The notes below the pieces were generated by a model. That model was not told the origin of the DNA. It was given only the letters and a program-made list of their open reading frames with translations, and did not search any database. A stretch of 57,205 nucleotides of DNA, filler included, from Sphacelaria rigidula (taxonomy: Eukaryota): the NCBI GenBank assembly GCA_964200075.2. It is 8 parts of 8 records of this genome, joined end to end, with 100 filler letters (N's around TTAATTAATTAA, not from the genome) between each part and the next. Parts side by side here need not be neighbours in the genome. Positions count along the whole stretch, not along the records: positions 7,165 to 14,227 come from CAXNAA020016680.1; positions 14,328 to 21,390 come from CAXNAA020016681.1; positions 21,491 to 28,553 come from CAXNAA020016682.1; 5 more parts are not named here. One strand, written 5' to 3'. Of the stretch, positions 12,401-23,896 are shown piece by piece. The first letter of the stretch is position 1; every line of letters begins with the position of its first letter. A program made the translations under genes and the position numbers.

Positions 12401-12647
12401 TCTTTTCTTTTTTTTTCGCACCCTACTTTCCTCCTGCGGTGCTTGCCTTTTTTTCATCGCGAAAGGGGTTCAGCAGTCCATTTCCCTCGTCGGCCGTCAA
12501 GATGAACATGGTATACCCATGGTTTAGTCGCTCTCCACTGTTGGGCATGGTGTGGGAAAAAAATCCCAGATCGCTCCGAGATTTGAACCCACGACTCAAC
12601 CGTCAGAAGGTTTCGAGGTTACCGACTGAGCCCCCAGGGCGACCGGC
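12401..12647 (-). mobile_element. tRNA-derived SINE, apparently full length
   Basis: Minus strand: GCCCTGGGGGCTCAGTCGGTAA (A box) ... GGTTCAAATC (B box), ~170-bp body, A-rich tail gcgaaaaaaaaagaaaag; head homologous to 49971-50042. Confidence 0.75.
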
Positions 12648-14156
12648 TGTGCACAATATGTGTGCTTGTTTGGAATCTATATTCTGTCCATCAGCCTGTT
12701 CTTCCTGTCTGCAGCCGGCACAACACTTGAAAATCAACGTTGGCTGTGGGCTATATACTCGAGCTAAGTATGTTGTGACGTTCCGGTATTTGTAAGCTTG
12801 TCCAACTTCCACCGAGTTGTTTCATTTTTTGCGTGTATGTGATCCTATCAAACCTTACTAGTGGACTGCTCATGGTCCGTAGATTATGTGCGTATCTTTC
12901 TCGTGCCAAAGCTCCGTAGTGCGGAAAAAATCTGAGTCTGATGCCAGAACGGTGGTATCCAGATTGTAGCTGCCTAGCCATAATTCAACTACGAGCTGGG
13001 CCAGCTGGCAGTGATTTGCGGAATGTATCCGGGCCGGGTGATGGGTAATCCGAAGCGTTGGGCGCTGAAATTTGACAAAACATCTTTATCATCACTACGC
13101 ACAACCTTCCCAGGGATGCCAAGAAGAAAAAAGAGGAGAAAGTTGGAGCGGTTGAAGTTTCTGCAAAAACTACGTAAAAGTAAAGAAATACGGGGGGCAT
13201 CCCTAGTGTGGTTGTGCGTCCTTGTGTGGAGAAAATACTGGTGCAATTTCGGCCAAAAATTCCAAAATTTTGGCGCAGCATCCAACTTTTCGTGCGGCAC
13301 GGCTGCAATCCTTTAATCCAAGTGATGCAATTGACTCCAGTTATGGAGGTCGAGTTCGAATCCCGACGGGTTCATTTTTTTGTTCCGACGGTTTGGTGAT
13401 ACATTATCCAGTACATTTTTCTACATCTTTTTTTCATTCAGCGGCGGTCCCGTGCGTTACCACGTTGGTCTGCAGGTCACGCCGATATACTTGAGTCGGG
13501 CTTGTTTTATAAACTGCATAAGTTGTGGTGTGACATGCAAATGCGGGGGAGTGACTGCTGGCCCAGCTTGTACAGTAAGCTCGAATGTGGTTTTGAGGAA
13601 TTTCTTCTGATGTTATCGAACCTCAACCATAATGGTGAGTAAGCGAGCTCTACACAAGACCGTGAACCTTTTTGCCGTAGAATGCTGATAATTGCAAGAT
13701 TATGGGCGTCGCATTAGTGAGGTAAGGAGCGATGTAGTACGACATCCGCAGTATCTCGAACACCATAGGGCTGGCCCGCGGAGAGTGAGTAGCAAGCACT
13801 AAAGCAGGAACAAGGTCCGTCTTCCCTGGTCCCATGCACCCTCATTTTACTTTTAGGCGTCGTTTATCATCTGCCCCTCATATACGTTATGCTGTATGCC
13901 CTGACGGAATGGCGGTCAAGTGTGTAGCGTCCAGCCCGAAAACCCGCGATACTCGTCATTACTTATGGAAATGCGGCGGCGTTAAAAAATATGAAGAAAA
14001 AACGAAAATGGCGGCCGAGCGCAACCCTGCGAAAGAGCAAAGTGTGCACTTTTCGACGGGTTTGTGCTTTGGGTCCACAAAGAGTTGGTACGATGTGTTG
14101 AAATAAAGTACTAAGAGGTCATATGCCGCACGAGTCAAGGGTGAAGGAAATGTTGG

Positions 14157-14227
14157 ACGGTTAGGACGAATCATCACGACCAAGAATCACCAAATCCACG
14201 ATTTCTTCGGCCTGATTGCCCAAAAGG
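14157..14227 (-). repeat. Dispersed repeat family (gggcaatcaggccgaagaaatcgtgg...), truncated by the contig end
   Basis: Reverse complement of 20233-20303; other copies at 28488-28553 and 29000-29210. Confidence 0.8.
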
Positions 14228-14327
14228 NNNNNNNNNNNNNNNNNNNNNNNNNNNNNNNNNNNNNNNNNNNNTTAATTAATTAANNNNNNNNNNNNNNNNN
14301 NNNNNNNNNNNNNNNNNNNNNNNNNNN
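14228..14327. other. Artificial contig spacer
   Basis: N44-TTAATTAATTAA-N44. Confidence 0.99.
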
Positions 14328-14330
14328 CCC

Positions 14331-14427
14331 CCCGCCAGCATAGGTTCTCCGTTGAATCGGCATCTATTTCACTTGAAAAAGAAATCATGCATGACCCAGA
14401 TGACCTACCCTCGCGGTCATGGGATCA
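14331..14427 (+). mobile_element. piggyBac-like MITE copy (left end degraded or at contig start)
   Basis: gttgaatcggcatctatttcacttgaaaaa..tgacccagatgacctaccctcgcggtcatggg. Confidence 0.65.
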
Positions 14428-14788
14428 AGACGGGGCCCCACGATTGTGCTGAAATCAAACTAAGAAATGCCTGCGCCAGGTATATTCACGCAAGAAAGAT
14501 ATTCACGTGATTTATCGATCACTACCGGCCCTTTGCAAAAAAAATGACTAGGAAATTTTCATGCCCTAGGTGAAAAAACGCGACAGAAGTTGGACAACCT
14601 AATACATCACTGGGCGTCAAAAAGCGCCTCCGTAGTTTTATGATTATGATTATGATAATGATTGTGAGCATGATTAATATACTATTATTGGAACCTCTCT
14701 CGTGGCTGGAAGTTTCCTACGGACAAGGCCCGTAGATCTGGTTCTACATAGAACCATAAGGCATGTTTGGTTCGCATAACTGGGACTC

Positions 14789-14789
14789 A

Positions 14790-14832
<43 letters not shown>

Positions 14833-15100
14833 TTCGCCATTAGTCTGATCTCTCGAACCCGTGGTCACGGACGTAGGCTCGTCTTTCCAATACCGTCCCT
14901 GCTATTCCGGTAGTAGCGCTAGCAAAAGTCCCCCATCCAAACTCTGGACTGCACGGCGCTGCGCTGATTTTCGAACATGATAAGAAGACTGATCGGGAGG
15001 AGTTAAACCTCGAACAAGTACACCATGGACGCGGGAAGTATCTAGTTCGCATCACTTGACAAAATATAGAACACATGTGTGGGGGGAATACTAGGGAGAG
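14789..15100 (-). mobile_element. 3' end of a non-LTR retroelement with an (AAT)n tail
   Basis: Minus strand reads ..ccgtgaccacgggttcgagagatcagactaatggcgaaaataataat.. into the (ATT)n tract at 14789-14831; same terminal motif as the element ending at 15982. The 5' boundary is approximate. Confidence 0.55.
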
Positions 15101-15479
15101 GTTGCACTTCAGCAGAAGCTAACCATGCTTGACGAAATCGCCCCTTTCATCCCCATCGCGAACGTTTCGACCCCATCTCCTGCGCTCAAAACAGCCGGCA
15201 CAGAGTTGCCGATATCTCCATCCACGCAGAACTTGGGTCGTCTTTTTTCTCGAGAGGATTCCAATCTGCGTGCAACCTCTGTTTGCTAACAATTTGTATC
15301 CCGCAACGACCCCTTCCGGCCTTATCGATAGCACACCATTATGTCCAGATGCAAGCGAGACTTGCACAGCTTCAAAAATGCGACGATTCTCAGTGACCGT
15401 TGGCTCGATATATCTGTGGTGGTACAGAATTGAAATTACTCTACAACGAGGCCCAGCACCTACACACCGAGCTCCGAAG

Positions 15480-15982
15480 AAACACGCACATACACCTACC
15501 GCTCACGTGCATGAGCCCCACCGCAAGCCATCGCTCATCTCCTCACAGCAGTCTTCCGTTCAACAGAAATCCATTCAGTATCAATAAGGCGACGTGGACT
15601 CAGACCCTAATCAGCGAATGCCTCATGTCGATGACTTGTCAACCTCGCAATAAAGTCAACGGCTGCTACGTTTGTAGTAGTCCATGCCCCTACAGACACA
15701 TCAAAGTCAAGAGAAGAGAGATGCCATATATAGTCTGGACTGAGTCGGACAGCAATGTTAACCGAGTCCTCAGCGACTACTGCTCGTTTATTTGAATGGG
15801 CGCGAACGTTAGAACTTGAGTACGAACTGGCAAGGAGGAATGTAGAGTAGGGGGGGCGCAAGGCGTTCTGTTTCTTTCCTTCTTTTCCTTTTCTCATTAT
15901 GTTCTTTATTACTGCTCCTGACCACGGGCTTGATTGTTGAAATCAGCTAATGTGAGATAATCAATCAATCAATCAGTCAGTC
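15480..15982 (+). mobile_element. Internally deleted RTE-type LINE relic (endonuclease fragment plus 3' UTR and (AATC)n tail)
   Basis: KSTAATFVVVHAPTD resembles the APE-endonuclease TFVVAYAPT motif; pyrimidine-rich UTR; ends tgaccacgggcttgattgttgaaatcagctaatgtgagataatcaatcaatcaatc. Confidence 0.6.
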
Positions 15983-15999
15983 AACGCCGGGATTCTCCA

Positions 16000-16700
16000 G
16001 CCAAGGACGGTAACGGCCCCCCTCTTCTACAACTTGCAGATGACCACAGGCGTGCCATGGTCAACACGTTTGTTTCCCATCCCCAAGGGCAGCACATCGA
16101 GTACGTTCAACGACATTTCGAATCGTTCCGCAGACTGAGGACTTCGACAGTCTGCGCACTGCCCATCACAAGCCCTTGCTACGAGTATGAATGGCTCGAG
16201 TTTGCAGGAGAGACCGAAAATGGGCTCCAAGACTCTCTTGTACGGAGCTATGCTCGAGATGACCAACTGCGAACATATCGAGCCGACCATCCATAACCGT
16301 CAACTCTGGTTCGCGGGAGCGCTTATCCGGGAGGACGACATACGCCTTCCCAAACGCATCTTGCGCGGACGGTTAGCCGCACAAGGGCCCAAGGAGGCCG
16401 GCCGCCATCCAAAACACTGGGAAGGACAGCCTCCAAGAGGATCCACGTGTAGCAGGGGCTCTTCCATGCGAAGGAGCTCGACGGAAATAGTCTACGGTGT
16501 GGAGATTGACGACGCACACGATTGGGCGACTACGGCGAAGGACATGGTCAAATGGCCACTTTGAGCCGACAAAGGGTCTGGAGAGTTCGAGGACACGTGG
16601 CGATGCGAAGACAATCAAGAATCGGACCGCCGCCACATAAGATGGGTTGCCGCGTTGAGAGTCGCCAACCAGGCAACTGCCCTCGCTAGCACAACAACAG
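16000..16700 (+). mobile_element. Degenerate RTE-type LINE fragment (end of endonuclease fused to post-RT C-terminus)
   Basis: NGPPLLQLADDHRRAMVNTF (EN C-terminal motif) followed by IEPTIHNRQLWFAGALIREDDIRLPKRILRGRL..GPKEAGRHPKHW, the typical RTE RxLxWxGHxxRMxDxRLPK motif. Confidence 0.8.
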
Positions 16701-17410
16701 TGTTGTCGCGAGGAATTCAACACGGAAATGGCCGAAAGAATGACCCGTTTTGTACCCACCCGACTAGGGATGGACGCAAGATATTGGGCGAACACGGAAA
16801 CTGATGTACCCCTGTCCTTTCCCCACCCGTTGTTCATTATGTCCTTGGTCAGTGGCTGTGCGATACTCCCCGGTGTTCGCACCTGCTCTACCATGCTGTG
16901 TCCTTCGGATTTCATCACTTCTCTAGTCTTCTTTCCTGTTCTCTCGTATTTCCCCCATCTCTGTCTCTTTCTCTATTTGTATTATTTTCTCCCAGTGTGC
17001 GCAAGTAGCAGTTTGGTGCCTCGCTTCCGTAGGGTTCATGGACAACAGTTTCACACCCGACACAGTGACGTAGAAATAGATGGGCCGCAATCTATCCCCA
17101 CGACTCTTTATTTTTCACTATTGGGCATGAGTATGCTTTTTGAGCAACATGTTTTTCACCGAAGCCATGTTACAGAGGCCGACCACTTTTTCTCCCTCCA
17201 TCAACCAAGCCTCAGATTTCTAAGCATGTGATGATTCAAACTAGCGATGATTTTTCGTCCGACCGTTGCACTTTTGCATGTTCCTCTTCGAACAGACTAC
17301 CGGTATGCACAAACAAATTTGTTTTCGTCGTCTTGGGAGGTGGTTTTACTTCGACCAATCATAGGTGAAACATATTTTACGAAACCCTATTGGGATCGAA
17401 CCTCCGCCGA

Positions 17411-18213
17411 GGGTGTGTCTTAGCGCATATTTTTTTCGATAGAAAAAAAAAGTGCGGTGGAATTGATTTTGAGCGAATTAGTTCATTTTTCGAGAGTTGG
17501 GTCCGAGCGAATTTCCAAGCTTTCGGTCGAGAGAAGAGTGAAATTCGTGAAGCGGTACTTGTTCGCTTGTCTATAGTGAAGACAGTACTGTACTGTCGGC
17601 GCTGTATGCATACAGTGCGTCTGAGTGTGTGTGCGTGTTCCGTACGGTAGGGTGTGAAAAAGAAGTGGGCAATGTGCAGAACAGACAGACAGCACAGGAC
17701 CATCTGTACGCTGCATACAGTGCGACGTGAAAATAACTTGAACAACGTGCAGCTTTGTACTGCCTGCACTGTCCATAAGCGTGTACGAAAGTCGGTCGCC
17801 GACCCCGACCATCATAGAAGATTGGTGCTCGAATGTTGACCAACAAAAAAAACACATCATGCCCAACTACTGCAGTGATTGTTTCCATCCCCGTGCTCAA
17901 CTCGTGCTCTATGCTGCAAGGTTGTGGTGATAAGAGATAATGAATTGCGTAGGGCTTGCATCGTGCTGCGAACGGGTCGTATCTGGCGTCGTAGTCTTCA
18001 AAATGGGAGTCGAGTGCCCCTTCGTCCGTTTCCCAGCATGTTTTCAATCGATAAAGCTTAGCTTCAGGATATTTTTCGTCCCGTCTGCGCGCCACTGATT
18101 TTGAAAAATATTTGAAAGCCAGCTACAAACAGAAGTGTCGTGGACCTATGAGGTGAAATATTTTACTTTCCACCGCACTTCTTCGATCGGAAGAAAAGTG
18201 CCAAAACACGCCC
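17411..18213. mobile_element. PIF/Harbinger-like MITE, copy 1 (GGGCGTGTCTT-type TIR)
   Basis: Left gggtgtgtcttagcgcata..tcgatagaaaaa..gtgcggtggaa is inverted to right ttccaccgcacttcttcgatcg..gtgccaaaacacgccc; internal region repeated in 18330-19215. Confidence 0.7.
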
Positions 18214-18329
18214 TTGACAGGGGGTAAACCCCTAGTTTGCACGCAGGGTCCGTTTGTGCATCGGAATCATTTTGAGTCGTTTTGAAGTGAAAATGATGCC
18301 GATCCACAGCAGGTCCTTACCCTAGGTTA

Positions 18330-19215
18330 GGGCGTGCGTCATTTTGTTCGACCGAGGGAAGAAGGCGATGCATTTGGTTCGAGGAAATTCGTTTGATTTT
18401 CGCGAGTGGGGTCCAAGCGTATTCGCAAGGTTTCGATGGAAAAAAGACAGTGAAATTCGTGAAGCGGTACTCACCCGCTTGTCTACAGCTGTCTGTACAG
18501 TCTTCTTGAGTGTGAGCGCATTTTTCGCACAGTAGGATATGAAGAAGCGGACAACGTGCAGTACAGACTGTGCTCAGGACTTGAACAACCTACTGTTTTG
18601 AACTGCCTGCACTGTGCATGAGCATGCACGCAAGTCGATCGCCAACCCTACACGCAATTTCGTCGCCGACCCTTACCATTGCAAAAGATGCTCAAGTGTT
18701 CGCCAACAAAAGAGAAACAAATCAAACCTAACAACTACAGTGTATCTATCCCTGAGCTCAACTGGAATTCTATGCAGGGTTGCGGTGTTAGCCGAGAATG
18801 AATTGTGTGGTGTTTGCATGGTTCTGTGAACGGGTGGTATCTGGCGTGGTGATCTGCAAGATAGGAGTCCAGTGCCCCTTCATATACTTCGTATCTTTCT
18901 TCCATGTATTGTCGATCGAAAAAGCTCAGCTTAGTTGTCTTTTACTTCCTTGTCCGCGCGCCGCTTATTACAAAATTAGCTGCAGCCAGCTAGGAACAGA
19001 AACACCGTGGAACTACCAGACCGAATTTCGTCTTTTCCACCGCCCTTTTTGGATAGAAAAAAATGTGCTGTGGAATAGGAAAACTCCAATCTGATAGATC
19101 GAGGTTTCAACTATCGAAGTTCACGTTGACGATGATTGAGATCACGGCCATTTAGATCGGAATTCTTGTTTTCCGCCGCACTTTTTCGATCGAAATTATG
19201 TGCTAAGACATGCCC
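18330..19215. mobile_element. PIF/Harbinger-like MITE, copy 2 (tandem, diverged)
   Basis: tta|gggcgtg start, ..gtgctaagacatgccc end; shares agtgaaattcgtgaagcggtact, ctgcctgcactgt and tcgtcgccgaccc blocks with copy 1. Confidence 0.65.
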
Positions 19216-20133
19216 TTGGACAAAATTTTATGGGAAAGACTCTAGATTCTGTGGAGATGCAAAATTGCGCAAAATCGGGGTGGTTCATATTTGCGAGAGT
19301 CAGATCCGCGGGGGTCGCTTTATAATCTCACAGATTTGTAAAGTAGTTCTGTACACGGACGGTCATTTTCTGCATGAGAGGGGTATCGTGTACTATAATA
19401 GTGAAGCCGAAGAGCAGGCAAGCGGTGTATAATCCTTCGAGTACAGTGTCGTATCGTAGTACCCTAGGGTAATGCAGTGCAGGACACTCCATCACAGTAC
19501 ACGACAATGCCGTGTGGTAATACTTGATGGCACAGTCGGTATTGCGAGAACCGTCAACAGTGCAAGAGAAGAGTTCAGTAGTGCAGTGCCGTTCATCACC
19601 CTGCAAGTAAAGCGGCAACAGAGTAGGATAGTACAGTACCGTTCGTTATGGTGATACATACGGAAGCGCAGTGCAGCATAAAATATCAACATCGCCGCCG
19701 GGTACGGCGTCGACACTTATTTTCCGCTTGACGAACCCCGTCAAACCTCGTGCGAAGCTGGTCCAGTAGCTGGAGCGGGTAGGCACGCCCTGCGCTGTCA
19801 CGAGACTGTCTGCTGCTGCGGTTGCAAAAGTATCACACGTCGGATAGATCATGATCCGTCTGAAATTTTCTTCCTCTCAGCATGCTAGTCCGGGTCATGA
19901 TCCGAATCATCTGGCCTCCCTTTTCCATGTTTGCTCCCTACAGCTCCGGATGGTGAGCACGCGAAGTAGTGAAAAAGTCTGACTCCGCGGTCACACGTTT
20001 TGTGTTTTTGGACCAACGGATGCCAGAGTCTTCTTTGATAAAATATTTCAGACGAATCATGATCTTTCCAAGGGTCGTACAAATAACGACTCGTCTGGAA
20101 ATTACTTGATTTTAGTGTAACTGATTTGACTCG

Positions 20134-20310
20134 TACGAATCAATCCCTCGGCTTCGTCTTCAGCGTTGCAACCCAGGTATACGCAGCCCAGACACGTGGA
20201 TACCACTTGGACCAGCGGTCAACTTTTTTCTCCCTTTTGGGCAATCAGGCCGAAGAAATCGTGCATCTGGGGATTCGTAGTCGTGATGATTCGTCCTAAC
20301 CGTGGATCTT
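20134..20310 (+). repeat. Dispersed repeat family (gggcaatcaggccgaagaaatcgtg...)
   Basis: Aligns with 29010-29210 and, inverted, with the contig ends 14157-14227 and 28488-28553. Confidence 0.8.
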
Positions 20311-20592
20311 TCCGACGTGTGAAGAATATCAAACGCATGTTGCCCTATCGCCGTACGTCAATGTACGTACGTCACCTTCCTTAAAATCGGGGAAACTCGA
20401 CTTTCGATTTTTGTAAAAAATCGGGAACAATCGTCATCAAATCGTGACATCCCGATTCTTGCTTCCCCAATTTGGCCTAGATTGGGGTCCATAACATGTG
20501 TTTCCCGATTTTAGGTCCCCCCGATCTGCGTACAAATCGAGATTAGTGATTGTCGTACAGGCTGGGCCGTCCAAGACGCGGACAGGGATGTG

Positions 20593-20880
20593 AACACGCG
20601 ATTTAGCAGCTCAATTTCGGGTCGTTTTCGATGAAGTTATGACACAATGTTCAGGACATACGTGCGAAGACGTCCCCATTTGCCCCGTACATTTTTTTTT
20701 TCACTTATTTAGGATTTTGTTCTCAAACAAAATGTTCTGAAATGTTTGGTCGCCGATAACTCACGGACAAAAAAACAAACTTGTATGGGGCGAACGGGGG
20801 CGTCTTTACACATACATCCTGTACATCGTGTCAAAATTTCATAGAAAACGACCTGGAATTCAGCTGCTAAATCGCGTGTT
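20593..20880. mobile_element. MITE with ~98-bp TIRs beginning AACACGCG
   Basis: 20593-20690 is the reverse complement of 20782-20880 (aacacgcgatttagcagct..gtcgttttc.atgaa..tgacac.atgt.cagga); additional arm copies at ~21125-21215 and ~37170-37233. Confidence 0.8.
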
Positions 20881-21390
20881 ATTGTCTAAGACTGGTTCCT
20901 ACGTGGAGAATAACCAGCCACGAAAAACTAAAACGCGGTTATGCTGTTCAAATCCAAGTAAGTTTTCACGAAATCACGACACGATGGGCATGAGGTATGT
21001 TGTGAAGTAGCTTTTGGCCCCCCTTGGCATTTTTGTTTTTTTAATGAGTTGTCGACGCTTGTGTACCAGAAAAACTGTTCCGAATTTATATCACCAATAA
21101 CATACGCGGTGAAAAAGAAAAAGAGGGGCAAACGGTAGGGGCTTTACATATACCCCATGTATATCGTGTCAAAATTTCATGGAAAACATCAAATTTAGCA
21201 GTGAAATCGCGTTTTTCTGTCGAGAACCGGTTCACTTGCTTTCAGAGTGTAAAAACCTCAGCCGAGACTTCGACGTTTTCTACAAGCACGGCGCCTTGGC
21301 GCGCTGGAGGTCTCGTCTGCGTTCCATCTCAGACACTGCGCGCCTACAGTACGACATGCCTTGTTGTACAACCACAACTAGTGCAGCACC

Positions 21391-21490
21391 NNNNNNNNNN
21401 NNNNNNNNNNNNNNNNNNNNNNNNNNNNNNNNNNTTAATTAATTAANNNNNNNNNNNNNNNNNNNNNNNNNNNNNNNNNNNNNNNNNNNN
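21391..21490. other. Artificial contig spacer
   Basis: N44-TTAATTAATTAA-N44. Confidence 0.99.
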
Positions 21491-21789
21491 CACAGTGCTT
21501 ATTCATGCTCACATCTCACATCCCCCTTTGAACAATTTCCAGCTTTGAGGAATATGAAGCCTTCTGACACTTATTATGCCGGAAGTTGTATCTACACAAT
21601 ATCTCGACTATACAGTAGTGTCGAGTGTGCATATCATCTGGCGCAGCGGCCGGAGGTATAATCAGGAAGGCCACTGGACACCGCTATCGTACGATCCATC
21701 TCGTCACTCGTCACATAATATTGCCAACCGCCCGTATTGCGCAACGAACTCTTCGAAAATTCGAAAAAATAATGTTTCTTAGTTTCGTC

Positions 21790-21939
21790 GATAAACCAAC
21801 CGAAAAAACGACCGAGAAGTGTTCGGTTTCGGTTTCGTCTTTTTTCGTTATTTTTTTAAAAACGACCGAAACCGACCGACTTTTTCGAAAAAAAACGAAA
21901 AACCGACCGAGCCAGTTTCAGCTTCGGTTCACAACACTG
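21790..21939. mobile_element. One end of a hAT-like element with AACCGA subterminal motifs
   Basis: Many AACCGA/ACCGA and TCGGTT motifs ending in ttcggttcacaacactg (CAGTGTTG terminus on the minus strand). Confidence 0.55.
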
Positions 21940-22839
21940 ACCGTGCGGTGAAAAAGCACAACCGTCACTCCTACAGTCAGTTGGTACAGCAAGGCGGTGT
22001 TCTTACTGATCATCATGCGTCACGCAGCCCACCATGTATTGCTCAGGCAATGTATCACAGTAGCATAGACAGACAGTACGGACCGTACACCATGACAAGA
22101 CAGCAGAGTGCTGCGTCTCTCTCGCGCGCCCCAGAATTTAAAATTATGCCTGCACACCTCATAAAAAACGATGAACACTGCGTGTTCAATATTGATAGTG
22201 CGTCGATCACGTAAGAAGGGCTACTTTGGAAAATTCTGTTGAAAAACGTGCTGTTGAAATACGGCTTTTATGATGACGTTTTTTCCTACATAAGAAGTAG
22301 TAAGCCCTACTATAAGACACAGTTGGACAGTGAGGATGACTTATCCTACCCGGACGGTGTGTGTGTGTAGGTTATAGCTTCTCACGCGGTGGAAAGGGTA
22401 TGGAGTGTGCGGAGCCGCAACGTGGACTTGAATAGGACTGACTTTGCAAGTCAGGGTTTGGGTTGAGACACAGAATGTCGGAGTAGAGGAGGCACCCACG
22501 GGGGAGCCTCCCACGGCCGGAGAATGACGATCCCAGACTGGGGATTGGATGATGACAGTCCCAGGGTGAAATGTCTGGGACGGCGGTCCGGGTTGACTAG
22601 CCTGGATTTATTAGTAAGCGGTTTGGGTCATACAGAAGTCACAATTAGACTAGCACTCTTTTTCTCGAACAAAAAAGTGCGGTCGACTTTTTTTCGCCGA
22701 TCTGATAGGTCCACCGCATTTATGTTCCTAGAAGGCTTTGACTCAAAATTGTAATTAGCGGCGTGCAGAGAAGAATAGCTCGAGGTATAAAACAATCGTC
22801 TTCGATCAAAAACATGCGGTCGAAAGGGAAGACTTTCAT

Positions 22840-23310
22840 CCCCTTACCCGATAGTTCTGTAATCACTGTAGGACTCCCGAACAGTTACCATGGGCACGGG
22901 TACGCTCTTGATAAGATACCCGATTACGGGTACGGTATTCTGTGCAACCTCCATACCCTACCCGACAGTTTCTGTGAGTTCTGTAAGCCTCCCATACCCT
23001 TACAACCGACAGGTGTGTGAGTTTTGTACAGAATATTTACCCGTATCCGGAGTGCGCGTATGCTCTTGAAGGATACCCGATTGCCGGTACCGGTTTTCTG
23101 TGAGCCTCCCATACCTTACCCGACAAGTTCTGCAATTTCTGTAAAACTTTCATCCAGTACCGGTACCCGACAGTTCTGTGAGCTCTGTAAGCCTCCCATA
23201 CCTCTACCCGGGGTGAGGGTATATCGTTATAGATATACCCGATTGCAGGTATGAGCACAGGTAAATACTTTGGGGAGGCACGGATATAGGTTCAACCCAA
23301 ACACAACCTC
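22840..23310 (+). repeat. Degenerate minisatellite block (ccataccc.tacccgacagttctgtgagttctgtaag)
   Basis: Many motif copies; homologous to 23897-24410. Confidence 0.8.
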
Positions 23311-23896
23311 ATGATGACCTGAACATGTACCTCTCATCGATCAACCCACCCAACCCCTTCATTCACAACTGCACATCAACAATAGTTCGATGTTGAAAAG
23401 TTCTGTAGTTTGGGATCTGGCGGGATACGAGGTACCGCTGAGTGGAAACACGAACCATGAGCAGCACTGCAGGCCGTCAGAATGGATCACTCCCAGACTC
23501 GAGTGGTGACTCGAGCGGGGATGGTTCATCTGCACCACCGGGGGATCAAGTAGCAAGACGCATGTCATCAGCGTTGATGGTGGTTGTGTTGTGATCATCA
23601 AACCCCAGGCCGTTATTGTACAGCACAGAGTATGAGCTACCACCGAAAGTCGCGTCATGACCGTCGGCGATTTTGTCGCATTCCGAAGGGCTCCCAGAGA
23701 ACGGGCAGCCGTGAACGCTCCTTCACGTACTCTCTGGGAGTGTACGTGAAGCCGATAGATGTTGACGATCCCATGCACATGTACTACTACGATTGTTCGT
23801 GTAGTCTTTCTCTATAGACCCCGTGAAGCCGTTCAGGGTTTTCGTATACTGTCATCTTCTGTAGTTTGCCACTGTGTAGTGACGTAGGTCCCAACA

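Noticed and set aside
18318..18332. Telomere-like ccctaggttaggg
   Set aside because: Only one TTAGGG unit, overlapping a MITE end; no array.
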